Below are positions 1 to 8,185 of a stretch of DNA of 37,721 nt, piece by piece. The position numbers and the translations under genes are program-made. The notes beneath the pieces were generated by a model. The model made no database searches. It was given only the letters and a program-made list of their open reading frames with translations, and was not told the DNA's origin. Position 1 is the first letter of the stretch. Each line of letters starts with the position of its first letter. This DNA is from Deltaproteobacteria bacterium (GTDB taxonomy: Bacteria; Chloroflexota; Dehalococcoidia; Dehalococcoidales; BS750m-G39), in the NCBI GenBank assembly GCA_013202445.1, contig JABMRW010000087.1, forward strand, positions 1 to 37,721, given 5' to 3'.

Positions 1-84
1 AAGAAATTGATAGAAGTATCGCTTCTGTCGGGTGGGTCAGGGTGGGAAGTAAAACGCCCTCTAAAAACTAGCTAGTCCCGCCCC
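1..84 (+). repeat. Family-A intergenic repeat, copy A1 (short hairpin + G-tract + AAAAC..CTAAAAAC tail); may be cut by the window edge
   Basis: Nearly base-for-base match to 4134-4214 and 16542-16621 (aagaaattgatagaagta.c.cttctg...). Stem agaag/cttct at 12-26. GGGTGGGTCAGGGTGGG at 30-46. Confidence 0.8.
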
Positions 85-140
85 TTCTCCCCCCACCCCC
101 CTTTTTGTATTGCCTCCCCTTCACCCCCGTAAAAAGGAAT

Positions 141-220
141 TAAGAGAGGTCTCACCTCTATTGGGCGGGAGGGTGGGAAGAAGAACAACCGCTAACAGGC
201 GAGGGCTGTAGCCCCACCCC
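141..220 (+). repeat. Family-A intergenic repeat, copy A2
   Basis: Hairpin agaggt-ctc-acctct at 145-159, followed by GGGCGGGAGGGTGGGAAG (G-tract 163-177). The tail ..accgctaa.. resembles copy A8. Confidence 0.7.
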
Positions 221-301
221 GCTTGGTTTAGTCCTTTGGTACTCCCCCTATTTAACGGCTTTGTTTCCCCCTCCCTCAAGTTAGACCAATCACCATCGGT
301 A

Positions 302-310
302 TGCTATGAT
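302..310 (+). promoter_or_regulatory. Extended -10-like box TGCTATGAT upstream of the lipoprotein gene
   Basis: TGnTAnnAT-type motif ends 51 nt before ATG 361. SD aggagg at 349-354. No experimental support. Confidence 0.35.
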
Positions 311-360
311 AGCTATAGATTGAGTTAAAAAATCTAGCTTTAGATATTAGGAGGCGGAAA

Positions 361-1206
361 ATGTCGGCAATAAGAATAATATTAGCCCTGTCCCTGGCGC
401 TGGTGCTGTCCTTTACCCTGGTCGGTTGTAATGACAAAATCCCTCAGGACGAGATAGACCGCATCATCGAAAATGTGCTCAATGCCCAGTTTGATAGCGT
501 CAGGATGGATATGGATATGACGGCGACTGTGGAAGTAATTGGCGGGCCTGAGCCGGGTGAGATTACCATGTTTGGTGACGGCACCGGTGTTATGGACATA
601 ACTAATCAGGAAATGCGGATGACGATGAATATGACCGTAGATATACCGGAGCTGGGTGTCCAGACCATGGTCAGCAAGGTTTACCTGGTTGGAGACTGGA
701 TGTACACCGGCGTCGAGATTGCTGAATTCGGCGAGCAGTGGTTCAAGACGGAGGCGATGCCGGGCATGTGGGAGCAGCAGAGCCAGCTTGACCAGCAGAT
801 AGCCTTCCTGAAGACAGCCGTCGAGGTCAAGTCTCTACCCGACCAGGCGGTAGACGGCACCGACTGCTATGTTTTTGAGATAGTGCCCAGTGTGGAGGCG
901 TTGGGCGAGCTGCTCTCGCAGCAGAGCTCGGCTATGGGGAACATGGACTTCAGCCAGATGAACCTGGCCGACCTTTTTCAGGAAATGAAGGTCAAGGAGT
1001 GGATAGCCAGGGATAACTACCAGGTTTTGAAAACAGAGGTTTACATGCTCATGCAGATGCTCCCCGAAGATGTCGGCGCCACCGGGGCCGATTTTGATAA
1101 GATGCTCATGGGTATGAACATGACCACGAAGCTCTACGACTACAATCAGCCTGTCTCCATAAACCTGCCGGAGGCGGCGCTGAACGCTTCGGAGATGCCT
1201 TATTAG
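361..1206 (+). CDS. Putative lipoprotein, Met-rich, unknown function
   Basis: 281-aa ORF. N-terminal signal peptide ends in lipobox LVGC. Strong SD upstream. No catalytic motif recognised. Confidence 0.75.
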   Translation: MSAIRIILALSLALVLSFTLVGCNDKIPQDEIDRIIENVLNAQFDSVRMDMDMTATVEVIGGPEPGEITMFGDGTGVMDITNQEMRMTMNMTVDIPELGVQTMVSKVYLVGDWMYTGVEIAEFGEQWFKTEAMPGMWEQQSQLDQQIAFLKTAVEVKSLPDQAVDGTDCYVFEIVPSVEALGELLSQQSSAMGNMDFSQMNLADLFQEMKVKEWIARDNYQVLKTEVYMLMQMLPEDVGATGADFDKMLMGMNMTTKLYDYNQPVSINLPEAALNASEMPY

Positions 1207-1216
1207 GTAGAAGCTT

Positions 1217-1327
1217 ATGAACCGCACCGGTGGCTTTGTCAACCAGAACCGCTTCCGGTCGAGCAAGACGGTTAAAAAGCTGAACAAGGCGGCGCCGGAG
1301 AAGCGCCGGAAGCAGGAAAAGAAGTGA
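1217..1327 (+). CDS. Candidate 36-aa highly basic small protein (MNRTGGFVNQNRFRSSKTVKKLNKAAPEKRRKQEKK)
   Basis: ATG at 1217, TGA at 1325-1327. The stop overlaps the GTG start of the next ORF (GTGA), suggesting translational coupling. Below the ORF-track size cutoff and no homology recognised. Confidence 0.3.
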   Translation: MNRTGGFVNQNRFRSSKTVKKLNKAAPEKRRKQEKK

Positions 1328-1746
1328 AAACTAAAGTAAGCTGGCCCCTTTTCTGGGCGTTGTTAGGGGTTTTCGTTGTTGTCGTCTGCCTCCTGCTCAT
1401 TCCCGCCTTCGGGGGCTTACTCGGCGGCGCCGTATTTTTAATCCCGTTTGCCGTCTTCTTTCTTCTGGCCGTGGCCCTGTTGGTCTTTACCCTGCGGGAA
1501 AAAATAGCCGGGTTGCTCAAGGTATTCTTCCTGCTGACGGCGGCTTCGGCGGCCGGGGTCTTCGTCTTTATCCTGCTGCATAACGCCCTTTACGGCCTGT
1601 TAATTCACTTCTTCGGCGAAGGCTTCTGGAACGGCGGCGACGAGCCCTTCTTCTTCATCCTGGCGCTCATTGTCTGCCCGCTGGGCTTTCTGACCGGGGT
1701 TATCGGCAGTATCGTCCTTCGCATCAGGGGCGCTGTCTCGCCGTAG
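1324..1746 (+). CDS. Small integral membrane protein (about 4 hydrophobic helices)
   Basis: 140-aa ORF dominated by long hydrophobic stretches (LLGVFVVVVCLLLIPAFGG.., FLLAVALLVFTL.., FFFILALIVCPLGFLTGVIGSIVL). Confidence 0.6.
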   Translation: MKTKVSWPLFWALLGVFVVVVCLLLIPAFGGLLGGAVFLIPFAVFFLLAVALLVFTLREKIAGLLKVFFLLTAASAAGVFVFILLHNALYGLLIHFFGEGFWNGGDEPFFFILALIVCPLGFLTGVIGSIVLRIRGAVSP

Positions 1747-1754
1747 CCCCCGCC

Positions 1755-1784
1755 TTGACACTCGGAAAGGGGCGGTGCTACACT
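1755..1784 (+). promoter_or_regulatory. Candidate sigma70-type promoter TTGACA-18 nt-TACACT for nadK
   Basis: TTGACA at 1755-1760 and TACACT at 1779-1784. Lies in the 67-nt gap before ATG 1814. Confidence 0.4.
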
Positions 1785-1813
1785 TTTCTTGCCCTCAAAG
1801 CGGAATTTTCGTT

Positions 1814-2650
1814 ATGAAGATGAAAAAGGTCGGTATTCTGTACCACCCCATGATTGACACCGCCCGCACCCTGGCCGAGGAGCTTAAAGGTTTTATCGGC
1901 GCCGGGGGGGTATCGGCATGGCTTTGCTCGGCCTGGGAGGGTGAGGAGGCCAGGTCTAAAATCGATGGCACCGATTTAATAATTACCGTCGGCGGCGACG
2001 GCACTATCTTAAGGGCGGCCCAGGCGATAGTCCCCGCCCCCATCCCCATCACCGGCGTCAATCTGGGGCGGCTGGGCTTTATGACCGAGCTCAGCGCTGA
2101 GGAAGCCAGGGATAAGCTCCCCGCCCTGCTTGACGGCAAGGGCTGGCTGGATGAGCGGGCCATGCTTGAAGCCGAGCTTACCGCCGAAAATAAGCCCCCC
2201 CAGACCTTCTATGCCTTAAACGATGTAGTGGTGGCACGGGGGGAGGTGGCGCGGGTGATTTTCGTCGAAGCTCATATTAACGGCGAGCCGGTGACCACCT
2301 ATAAGGCGGACGGCGTGATTGTAGCTACCGCCACCGGCAGCACCGCCTACTCGCTGGCGGCGGGCGGACCTATACTCCACCCCCGGTCCGCCGATTTTCT
2401 GCTGTTGCCCATCTCGCCCCACCTCAGCCCGGCCTACCCGCTGGTGTTACCGGCGTCGTCGGTGGTCAGGCTCAAGGTTGATACTACTCATCAGGCGGTC
2501 TTGAGCGTCGATGGTCATATCATTCTGCCGCTGGCCAGCGGTGACGTTATAACCATAAGGCACAGCGCCAGTATCAGTCGTTTCTTGAGAATTCACTCCG
2601 GGGACTTTTACGGCTCTCTGGAGCAAAAGCTAAAGGGGAAGATAAATTGA
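1814..2650 (+). CDS. nadK: NAD(+) kinase
   Basis: Motifs TVGGDGTILRAA (GGDGT), NDVVV and ATATGSTAYSLAAGGPI. I prefer ATG 1814 (MKMKKVGILYHP) over the track's GTG 1775. Confidence 0.9.
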   Translation: MKMKKVGILYHPMIDTARTLAEELKGFIGAGGVSAWLCSAWEGEEARSKIDGTDLIITVGGDGTILRAAQAIVPAPIPITGVNLGRLGFMTELSAEEARDKLPALLDGKGWLDERAMLEAELTAENKPPQTFYALNDVVVARGEVARVIFVEAHINGEPVTTYKADGVIVATATGSTAYSLAAGGPILHPRSADFLLLPISPHLSPAYPLVLPASSVVRLKVDTTHQAVLSVDGHIILPLASGDVITIRHSASISRFLRIHSGDFYGSLEQKLKGKIN

Positions 2651-3141
2651 AGGTAGAAAAAGCCAGAATAAGCGATGTCCCCCAGGTACAGGGGCTGGTT
2701 AACCACTTTGCCGCCAAGGACGAGATGCTGCCCCGCTCGTTGAGCGAGCTCTACGAGAACCTCAGGGACTGTTTCGTTATCAGGGAGGGTGATAAGGTGG
2801 TTGCCTGCGCCTCGCTGCACGTTTTCTGGTCGGACTTGGCCGAGATAAGGTCGTTGGCGGTAGCCGAAGCTAACCAGGATAAAGGCCTGGCTGCCCGGCT
2901 GCTCAAGGCCTGCATGGAGGAAGCAGAGGAGCTGGGCATCGGCACCGTCTTCTGCCTGACCTACCAGCCGCCCATCTTTGAAAAGTTCGGCTTTAACCAG
3001 GTGGAGAAAATGGACCTGCCCAAGAAGGTCTGGACGGAGTGCTACCGCTGCCCCAAGTTCCCCGATTGCGATGAGGTAGCCCTGGTCTATAACCTTAAAC
3101 CGCCGGCGTCGGGCAAGATTGCGGGGGATTGGGTTGGCTGA
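2647..3141 (+). CDS. GNAT N-acetyltransferase, short ArgA-like (N-acetylglutamate synthase-like) form
   Basis: 164 aa. The segment ...VVACASLHVFWSDLAEIRSLAVAEANQDKGLAARLL resembles, from memory, the short mycobacterial NAGS (GALHVLWSDLGEIRTVAV). C-terminal Cys cluster CYRCPKFPDC. TTG start overlaps the nadK stop. Confidence 0.65.
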   Translation: MKVEKARISDVPQVQGLVNHFAAKDEMLPRSLSELYENLRDCFVIREGDKVVACASLHVFWSDLAEIRSLAVAEANQDKGLAARLLKACMEEAEELGIGTVFCLTYQPPIFEKFGFNQVEKMDLPKKVWTECYRCPKFPDCDEVALVYNLKPPASGKIAGDWVG

Positions 3142-3670
3142 GGAAAAGACGCTGTCCAGCCGGCGCATCTATGAAGGGCGGGCAGTAAGGCTGCGGGTGG
3201 ACACGGTTGAGCTTTCAGGCGGCCGGCAGACCACGCGTGAGGTCGTCGAACACGAAGACTGCGTGGCCATCGTCGCCGTTGACGATAAGGATAATATCCT
3301 GCTGGTAAAGCAGTTCCGCAAGCCGGTGGAGAAGGCGCTGCTGGAGATACCGGCGGGGGGCATTGACCCCGGCGAGACCCCGGAGGACTGTGTCCGCCGC
3401 GAGATGCGCGAAGAGACCGGCTTTCTCCCCCAGAAAGTAGAAAAACTGGGCGGCTTTTATTCCTCCCCGGGTTTTTGCACCGAGTACCTCTACCTCTATC
3501 TGGCCACCGACCTGGTTCACAGTCCGCTCCAGGCCGAGGATACCGATGGTATCAGTCTGGTTCGCACGCCGCTGGCTCAGATTCCGGAGCTTATCGCTTC
3601 GGGCGCTATTGTGGACGCCAAGAGCATCGCCGGCCTGCTGACTTTCCTTAAAGTACCGCCGGTCAGCTAA
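3119..3670 (+). CDS. NUDIX hydrolase (ADP-ribose pyrophosphatase-like)
   Basis: Nudix box GGIDPGETPEDCVRREMREETG. Start is uncertain: TTG 3119 or in-frame TTG 3134. Confidence 0.85.
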   Translation: MRGIGLAEEKTLSSRRIYEGRAVRLRVDTVELSGGRQTTREVVEHEDCVAIVAVDDKDNILLVKQFRKPVEKALLEIPAGGIDPGETPEDCVRREMREETGFLPQKVEKLGGFYSSPGFCTEYLYLYLATDLVHSPLQAEDTDGISLVRTPLAQIPELIASGAIVDAKSIAGLLTFLKVPPVS

Positions 3671-4004
3671 GCCTGTCTGAGAGCTTTCGCCCCCCCAGGA
3701 GGTGGAGATGAAGGTGGGGCACCAGTTGCCCGCCTTCGCTACCGCAGTTAATCGCCAGCCGGTAGCCCTTCTCAGCCACCCCCTCATCTTTAGCCAGCTT
3801 ATTGGCCACGGCCACCATGCGCCCCACCAGGGCGGCGTCGCTTTCTTTCATCTGGTCTAAAGAAGGGATGTGCTTTCTGGGGACGATGAGCAGGTGGACG
3901 GGTGCCAGTGGCTTGATATCGCGGAAGGCGATTATTTCTTCATCCTGATACAGGATTTCGGTAGGTATCTCACCGGCTATAATCTTGCAGAAGATACAGT
4001 CCAT
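3663..4004 (-). CDS. HIT-family (histidine triad) nucleotide hydrolase/transferase
   Basis: 113 aa with C-terminal HLHLHLLGG triad. Convergent 8-nt overlap with the NUDIX gene. Confidence 0.9.
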   Translation of the reverse strand: MDCIFCKIIAGEIPTEILYQDEEIIAFRDIKPLAPVHLLIVPRKHIPSLDQMKESDAALVGRMVAVANKLAKDEGVAEKGYRLAINCGSEGGQLVPHLHLHLLGGRKLSDRLS

Positions 4005-4133
4005 TTTTCTTCCCCTCCCCCCGTTTTATATCTTTATCCCCACCCCATTTTATATCTTAACCCACCCACCGCCCTTTGCGGTAAAGAGGGGTTACACCCC
4101 TCTTAAACACCCCGTTTTTACCACCCCTCCAAG
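4005..4133. repeat. C-rich mosaic spacer containing a family-B-type hairpin-2 module
   Basis: Runs of CCCC(A/T)CCCC. Hairpin aagagggg-ttaca-cccctctt at 4084-4104, followed by aaacacccc as in 16490-16520. Confidence 0.6.
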
Positions 4134-4214
4134 AAGAAATTGATAGAAGTATCACTTCTGCAGGGTGGGAGGGTGGGAAATAAAACGCACTCTAAAAACC
4201 GGGCTAATCCCCCC
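4134..4214 (+). repeat. Family-A intergenic repeat, copy A3
   Basis: aagaaattgatagaagtatcacttctgca + GGGTGGGAGGGTGGG (4163-4177) + aaataaaacgcactctaaaaacc. Confidence 0.85.
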
Positions 4215-4221
4215 TCTTGAG

Positions 4222-4779
4222 CTATTTCCCCTTTTTATATTTAGCCTTGCCCTGCTCGAAGAGGTCTTCCCCGTAAATATCGTTGGCGACGATGGCCGGG
4301 AAGTTCTCCACGGTCAGTCTCATTATGGCCTCGGTGCCCAGCTCCTCGTAGGCGATGACCTCCACCCGCTTTATGGTCCTGGCCAGCAGTGCGCCGGCGC
4401 CTCCGGTGGTGACCAGGTAGACGGCTTTGTATTTCCTGATGGCCTCTCTTACCTCCGCTGAACGGTTGCCCTTGCCTATCATGGCTTTAACGCCGGCGGC
4501 GAGGAGCTGCGGGGTATATTTATCCATGCGCTGGCTGGTGGTGGGCCCCGCTGAGCCGATAACCTGCCCGGCTCTGGCCGGGGAAGGCCCCATATAGTAC
4601 AGAGTCTGGCCTTTCAGGTCGAAGGGCAGCTCGTCCCCCCTGTCCAGCGCCTGGATTAGTCTATGGTGGGCGGCGTCCCGGGCGGTGTAGATAACGCCGG
4701 ATATAGTAACCCGCGTGCCGACGGTCAGCTTTTCGATTATTTCTTCTTTAATCGGCGATATAATATTCATCAACCCCAC
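4222..4779 (-). CDS. fumB: Class I (Fe-S) fumarate hydratase, beta subunit (C-terminal-domain type); tartrate dehydratase beta not excluded
   Basis: 185 aa. Motifs GPTTSQRMD, KAMIGKGNR and TTGGAGAL are typical of the beta-type Fe-S hydro-lyase domain. Paired with the alpha subunit gene upstream. Confidence 0.8.
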   Translation of the reverse strand: MGLMNIISPIKEEIIEKLTVGTRVTISGVIYTARDAAHHRLIQALDRGDELPFDLKGQTLYYMGPSPARAGQVIGSAGPTTSQRMDKYTPQLLAAGVKAMIGKGNRSAEVREAIRKYKAVYLVTTGGAGALLARTIKRVEVIAYEELGTEAIMRLTVENFPAIVANDIYGEDLFEQGKAKYKKGK

Positions 4780-4980
4780 CCCCGTTTATATCTTATCCCG
4801 CCCCCACCCCATTTTTAACAGTTCTCTATCTTCCCATACCCACCCGCCCAAAATGGGCTTCGCCCCTCTTAAACTTCCTTTTTTACCCCACCCCACTTTT
4901 AAAATAACTTCTTCTTTCCGCCCTGGCCCACCCTCGTGGGCTGCGCTTCTAAAACTTTCTTTACCACCCCCCCAAAAGTA
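4780..4980. repeat. C-rich mosaic spacer between the two fumarase subunit genes
   Basis: CCCATACCCACCCGCCC at 4833-4849 also occurs at 21004-21020 and, with one substitution (..CCCACCC), at 18754-18770. 4911-4980 aligns with 9303-9370 (shared ggctgcgcttct). Confidence 0.75.
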
Positions 4981-5058
4981 GAGCGAAGAGAGGTTCTAAC
5001 CTCTATCGGGTGGGAGGGTGGGAAATAAAACATTCTCTAAAAACCAGGTAGTTCCCCC
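4981..5058 (+). repeat. Family-A intergenic repeat, copy A4
   Basis: Hairpin gagaggt.ctaacctct followed by GGGTGGGAGGGTGGG (5008-5022) and aaataaaacattctctaaaaacc. Confidence 0.85.
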
Positions 5059-5059
5059 T

Positions 5060-5905
5060 TTATAATATAGCCTCCTTGTGGCGGGCGCTGTGGCACTGCA
5101 AATTGACCGCCACCGGCAGGCTGCCGATATGGGCGGGCATAACTAAAGCGTGCACGGCCAGGGCGGTGGTGCCGCCCCCGTAGCCCATAGGCCCTATTCC
5201 CAGTTCGTTTACCCCGGCTAAAATATCTTTCTCCAGCTTAGCGACCTCCGGGTCGGCATTGGGCTCGGCAACCGTTCGCAGCAGCGCCTTCTTGGCCAGG
5301 AGCATCGCCTTATCGGCGGTGCCCCCCACCCCCACCCCGATAATCAAGGGCGGGCAGGCGTTGCCCCCCGCCTCGTCCACCACTCTCGCCACCAGCTCGA
5401 TGATGCCCTGGCTGCCCTGGTTGGGCAGTAGCATGGCCAGCTGGCTCATGTTCTCGGCGCCGCCCCCCTTGGGCATGACCGTAATCTTTAGTTTATCACC
5501 GGGGACTATTTCGGCGTGGATGACGGCCGGGGTGTTGTCTCTGGTGTTGATTCTTTCGGAGAAGGGCTGTTTGACTATGGCTTTCCTCAGGCAGCCCTCG
5601 TCGTAGCCCTGGCGCACCCCCTCCTCTATGGCGGCGTACAGGTCCCCGCCGCTGATGTGGATATCCTGGCCTATTTCCAGGAAGACGGCGGCGGTGCCGC
5701 AGTCCTGGCAGAGGGCTATACGTTCGTCTTTGGCCACTCCGGCGTTCTCGATAAGCTGGGTCAGTACTTCTTTACCAAGCGGGGACTCTTCGGTCTTTAG
5801 GGCTTTCTTTAGGGCGAAAAGCACGTCTTCCCCCAGCCCGAAGTTGGCTTCCTGGCAGAGGGTGGATATAACTTTAGTTATTTCGGTGGCTTTAATTTCT
5901 TTCAT
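5060..5905 (-). CDS. fumA: Class I (Fe-S) fumarate hydratase, alpha subunit (N-terminal-domain type)
   Basis: 281 aa. Motifs ALCQDCGTA, PKGGGAENMS and GNACPPLIIGVGVGGT match the catalytic Fe-S hydro-lyase alpha domain. Confidence 0.85.
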   Translation of the reverse strand: MKEIKATEITKVISTLCQEANFGLGEDVLFALKKALKTEESPLGKEVLTQLIENAGVAKDERIALCQDCGTAAVFLEIGQDIHISGGDLYAAIEEGVRQGYDEGCLRKAIVKQPFSERINTRDNTPAVIHAEIVPGDKLKITVMPKGGGAENMSQLAMLLPNQGSQGIIELVARVVDEAGGNACPPLIIGVGVGGTADKAMLLAKKALLRTVAEPNADPEVAKLEKDILAGVNELGIGPMGYGGGTTALAVHALVMPAHIGSLPVAVNLQCHSARHKEAIL

Positions 5906-5936
5906 TTTATATTTAAGGTGACCCCATCCCCTGTAT

Positions 5937-5997
5937 CCCCTTCCCCTTCACAAGGGGAAGGGGAAGGAAATTATTTAAAGAGGGGCTGCGCTCCTCT
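5937..5997. repeat. Family-B double-hairpin repeat, copy B1
   Basis: Perfect 12-bp stem ccccttcccctt/aaggggaagggg (5937-5963), an A/T-rich spacer, then hairpin agagg..cctct (5979-5997). Confidence 0.8.
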
Positions 5998-6096
5998 CCG
6001 ACTCCCCTTTTAGTATCTCCTTCAAAGGAGAGGCGAGATAGCTGGGTGGTTATAACTTTACCTCCACGTTAGGTAAGAGGCAAGTCTTAACATTAA

Positions 6097-6993
6097 CTAG
6101 GGCTGGAAGCGAAAACTATCAAATGGGTCATAAAGAGGGGAAAGGGAATGGTATTCCTCAAAGGCTGTTGGAACGGCTGAACTTACGATTTCATAGACCT
6201 TCCCCTCATACAGGACAAAATAATGTCTATTATCCCATCTCTGCCCACCTGCCAAGCAAGTGTACTCAATTCTCTTTACCGTGTAACCCTTGTCGTGTAT
6301 GTCAGTTGATTCATTTATTTCCACTTCATGAAAGAAGTCCTTAAGCCAAGAAACCTTTGCCAGTACGTACTCATTTAAGTCTGTGTAGTGTTGGTCGTTT
6401 ATCTCGGTGAGGACATTTGACTTAGAATCGGGGCTACATATCAAAACCCCGCTTATGCTTTGGTTAATCACTACCCAAGAAGGAGGATAATCAAAACAGT
6501 AGCTATATTCATTGTTACAATAAGTCTTAAGGGTAATCTCTTCTAATAGCTTTACTGCCTCTTCATTCTGAGCTGTTACCTCTCCAGTTCTTTCATTGAC
6601 CCGCCATTCCCATTCACTTACGGTGACTGACCACAATCCATCTCCACTATACTTTGCTAGTCTCATTAGTGCACCTGTCCAGACTACTGTTTTCAGGGGT
6701 TGCGGCTGTCCTAGTACTGGCTCGTCAAGTTCCATCTCAACCAATTCGCCTAGGTCGTCTTTCTCTATCGCCTTCTCATTAGCCTCCAGAACAGCGTTTC
6801 TGAACCCCCAGCCTATGATAATCTTCTCCCCTTCAGCATAAACACCTTGCAGTTGCTCAGCTTTAGCTATTAAATAATCGTATGTCATCTGAATAACTTG
6901 CTTCTCAGTAAGTGCTCCATGCTCTCTACAACTAGATATCAACAATGAAGCCAGCACCAAAATCAGCAGAATCAATATTAAGTATCGTTTCAT
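6097..6993 (-). CDS. Lipoprotein of unknown function, in a low-GC cassette
   Basis: I prefer the internal ATG at 6993 (MKRYLILILLILVLASLLISSC, lipobox LISSC), which has SD gagagg upstream. The C-terminal half has a loosely PsbP/DcrB-like pattern (weak). A sampled 60-nt line is about 43% GC against about 70% in mdh. Confidence 0.65.
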   Translation of the reverse strand: MKRYLILILLILVLASLLISSCREHGALTEKQVIQMTYDYLIAKAEQLQGVYAEGEKIIIGWGFRNAVLEANEKAIEKDDLGELVEMELDEPVLGQPQPLKTVVWTGALMRLAKYSGDGLWSVTVSEWEWRVNERTGEVTAQNEEAVKLLEEITLKTYCNNEYSYCFDYPPSWVVINQSISGVLICSPDSKSNVLTEINDQHYTDLNEYVLAKVSWLKDFFHEVEINESTDIHDKGYTVKRIEYTCLAGGQRWDNRHYFVLYEGKVYEIVSSAVPTAFEEYHSLSPLYDPFDSFRFQP

Positions 6994-7012
6994 TGTATGC
7001 CTCTCGCCCATC

Positions 7013-7246
7013 CTATCCTCTCAAGGAATAGAAACCCCTTGATACATGGAGAAGCTCTCCACGCTTGCACAGCCTACCCATGATACTTCTGATGTAATGG
7101 TGATACATAGGTTGATGTCCCCACTCAGTCAAGTTCTTTTCAGTCAAAGGCTTGAAGTTGGGAATCTGCGCGTATATATCTTGCAAGCTTGCTTGCCCAC
7201 CCAGCGACTCTATGGTTTCAAGAATTGCTGCTCTCCAAGTTTGCAT
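7013..7246 (-). CDS. Small winged-helix protein (Mrr N-terminal-domain-like), in the low-GC cassette
   Basis: 77 aa. The pattern ILETIESLGGQASLQDIYAQI ... LCKRGELLHVSRGFYSL resembles the wHTH found at the N-terminus of Mrr-type restriction proteins. Confidence 0.5.
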   Translation of the reverse strand: MQTWRAAILETIESLGGQASLQDIYAQIPNFKPLTEKNLTEWGHQPMYHHYIRSIMGRLCKRGELLHVSRGFYSLRG

Positions 7247-7248
7247 AA

Positions 7249-8184
7249 TTATCTCCTATTACTAAGCATAGTCCTTATCAGCAGCTTTATCCCCTCCGCC
7301 GAATCATACAAAAGCTGCTTCTCCCCGGCGGTGAGGTCAAATTCAACTATCTGCTCTATGCCGCCCTTGCCCAGCTTTACCGGCACTCCGATGACGCTGT
7401 CGGTGATGCCGTACTCCCCGTCGAGGAGGGCGGCGCAGGGCAGTGTTTCTTTTTTATCGAGGACGATGGCCTCGGCCATGCGGGCGATGCCGGCCGAGGG
7501 GGCGTAGAAGGCGCTGCCGCTTTTGAGCAGGTCGACAATCTCTCTTCCCCCTTCCACAGCCCGCGCCGCCAGCCTGGCGATAGTTTCCTGGGGCAGCAGC
7601 TCGGTAAGCGGCTTGCCCCTGACCGTGGTCAGCCGGGGGATAACCACCATGTTCAGGCCGTGCGCCCCCAGCACCCAGGCGGAGATGTCGGCCACCGGGA
7701 CGTTAAGCTCGGCGGCGATAAAGGTGCTCAGGCGGGCGCTGTCTAAGACGCCGGACAGTCCCACCACTCGCTTGCGCGGGAACTTGCTGGCTTTAACCGC
7801 CAGGTAGGTCATGGCGTCGAGCGGGTTGGAGACCATGAGGATAATACACTCCGGCGAATATTTGACGGCATTATTGATAACGCCGGTGACGATTTCGGTG
7901 TTGGCTGCCAGCAGCTGGTCGCGGGTCATGCCCGGCTTGCGGAAGAGGCCGGCGGTAACTATCACCAACTCGGAGCCGGCGGTATCTTTATAGTCGTTGC
8001 TGCCGGTGATGGTGGTCTTGAAATTGATGACCGGCGCCGATTGTTGTATATCCAGCGCCTTGCCCTGGGGCAGCCCCTCGACGATGTCCACCAGGACGAC
8101 GTCGGCGTAGCCCCGTTCGGCGATTCTCTGTGCGGAGGTGGCGCCGACATTGCCGGCGCCGATAATGCTGATTTTGCCAGGCAT
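7249..8184 (-). CDS. mdh: Malate dehydrogenase (LDH-like family)
   Basis: IIGAGNVG Rossmann motif. FRKPGMTRDQLL has Arg at the substrate-specificity position. VLDSAR and GAHG motifs present. Confidence 0.9.
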   Translation of the reverse strand: MPGKISIIGAGNVGATSAQRIAERGYADVVLVDIVEGLPQGKALDIQQSAPVINFKTTITGSNDYKDTAGSELVIVTAGLFRKPGMTRDQLLAANTEIVTGVINNAVKYSPECIILMVSNPLDAMTYLAVKASKFPRKRVVGLSGVLDSARLSTFIAAELNVPVADISAWVLGAHGLNMVVIPRLTTVRGKPLTELLPQETIARLAARAVEGGREIVDLLKSGSAFYAPSAGIARMAEAIVLDKKETLPCAALLDGEYGITDSVIGVPVKLGKGGIEQIVEFDLTAGEKQLLYDSAEGIKLLIRTMLSNRR

Positions 8185-8185
8185 T

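Noticed and set aside
1775-1813. GTG 1775 as the nadK start
   Set aside because: It would add 13 residues (MLHFSCPQSGIFV) not typical of NAD kinases and would overlap the candidate promoter -10 element. ATG 1814 gives the usual MK..KVGI.. N-terminus.
4715-4981. ORFs running through repeat-filled spacers (4715..4981, 3870..4106, 4165..4461, 20892..21113, 20963..21193, 20742..21014, 9104..9331)
   Set aside because: They translate C-rich or G-rich repeat modules into Pro/Gly/Lys strings. The same 'peptides' recur only because the DNA repeat recurs, there are no RBSs, and they overlap real genes.
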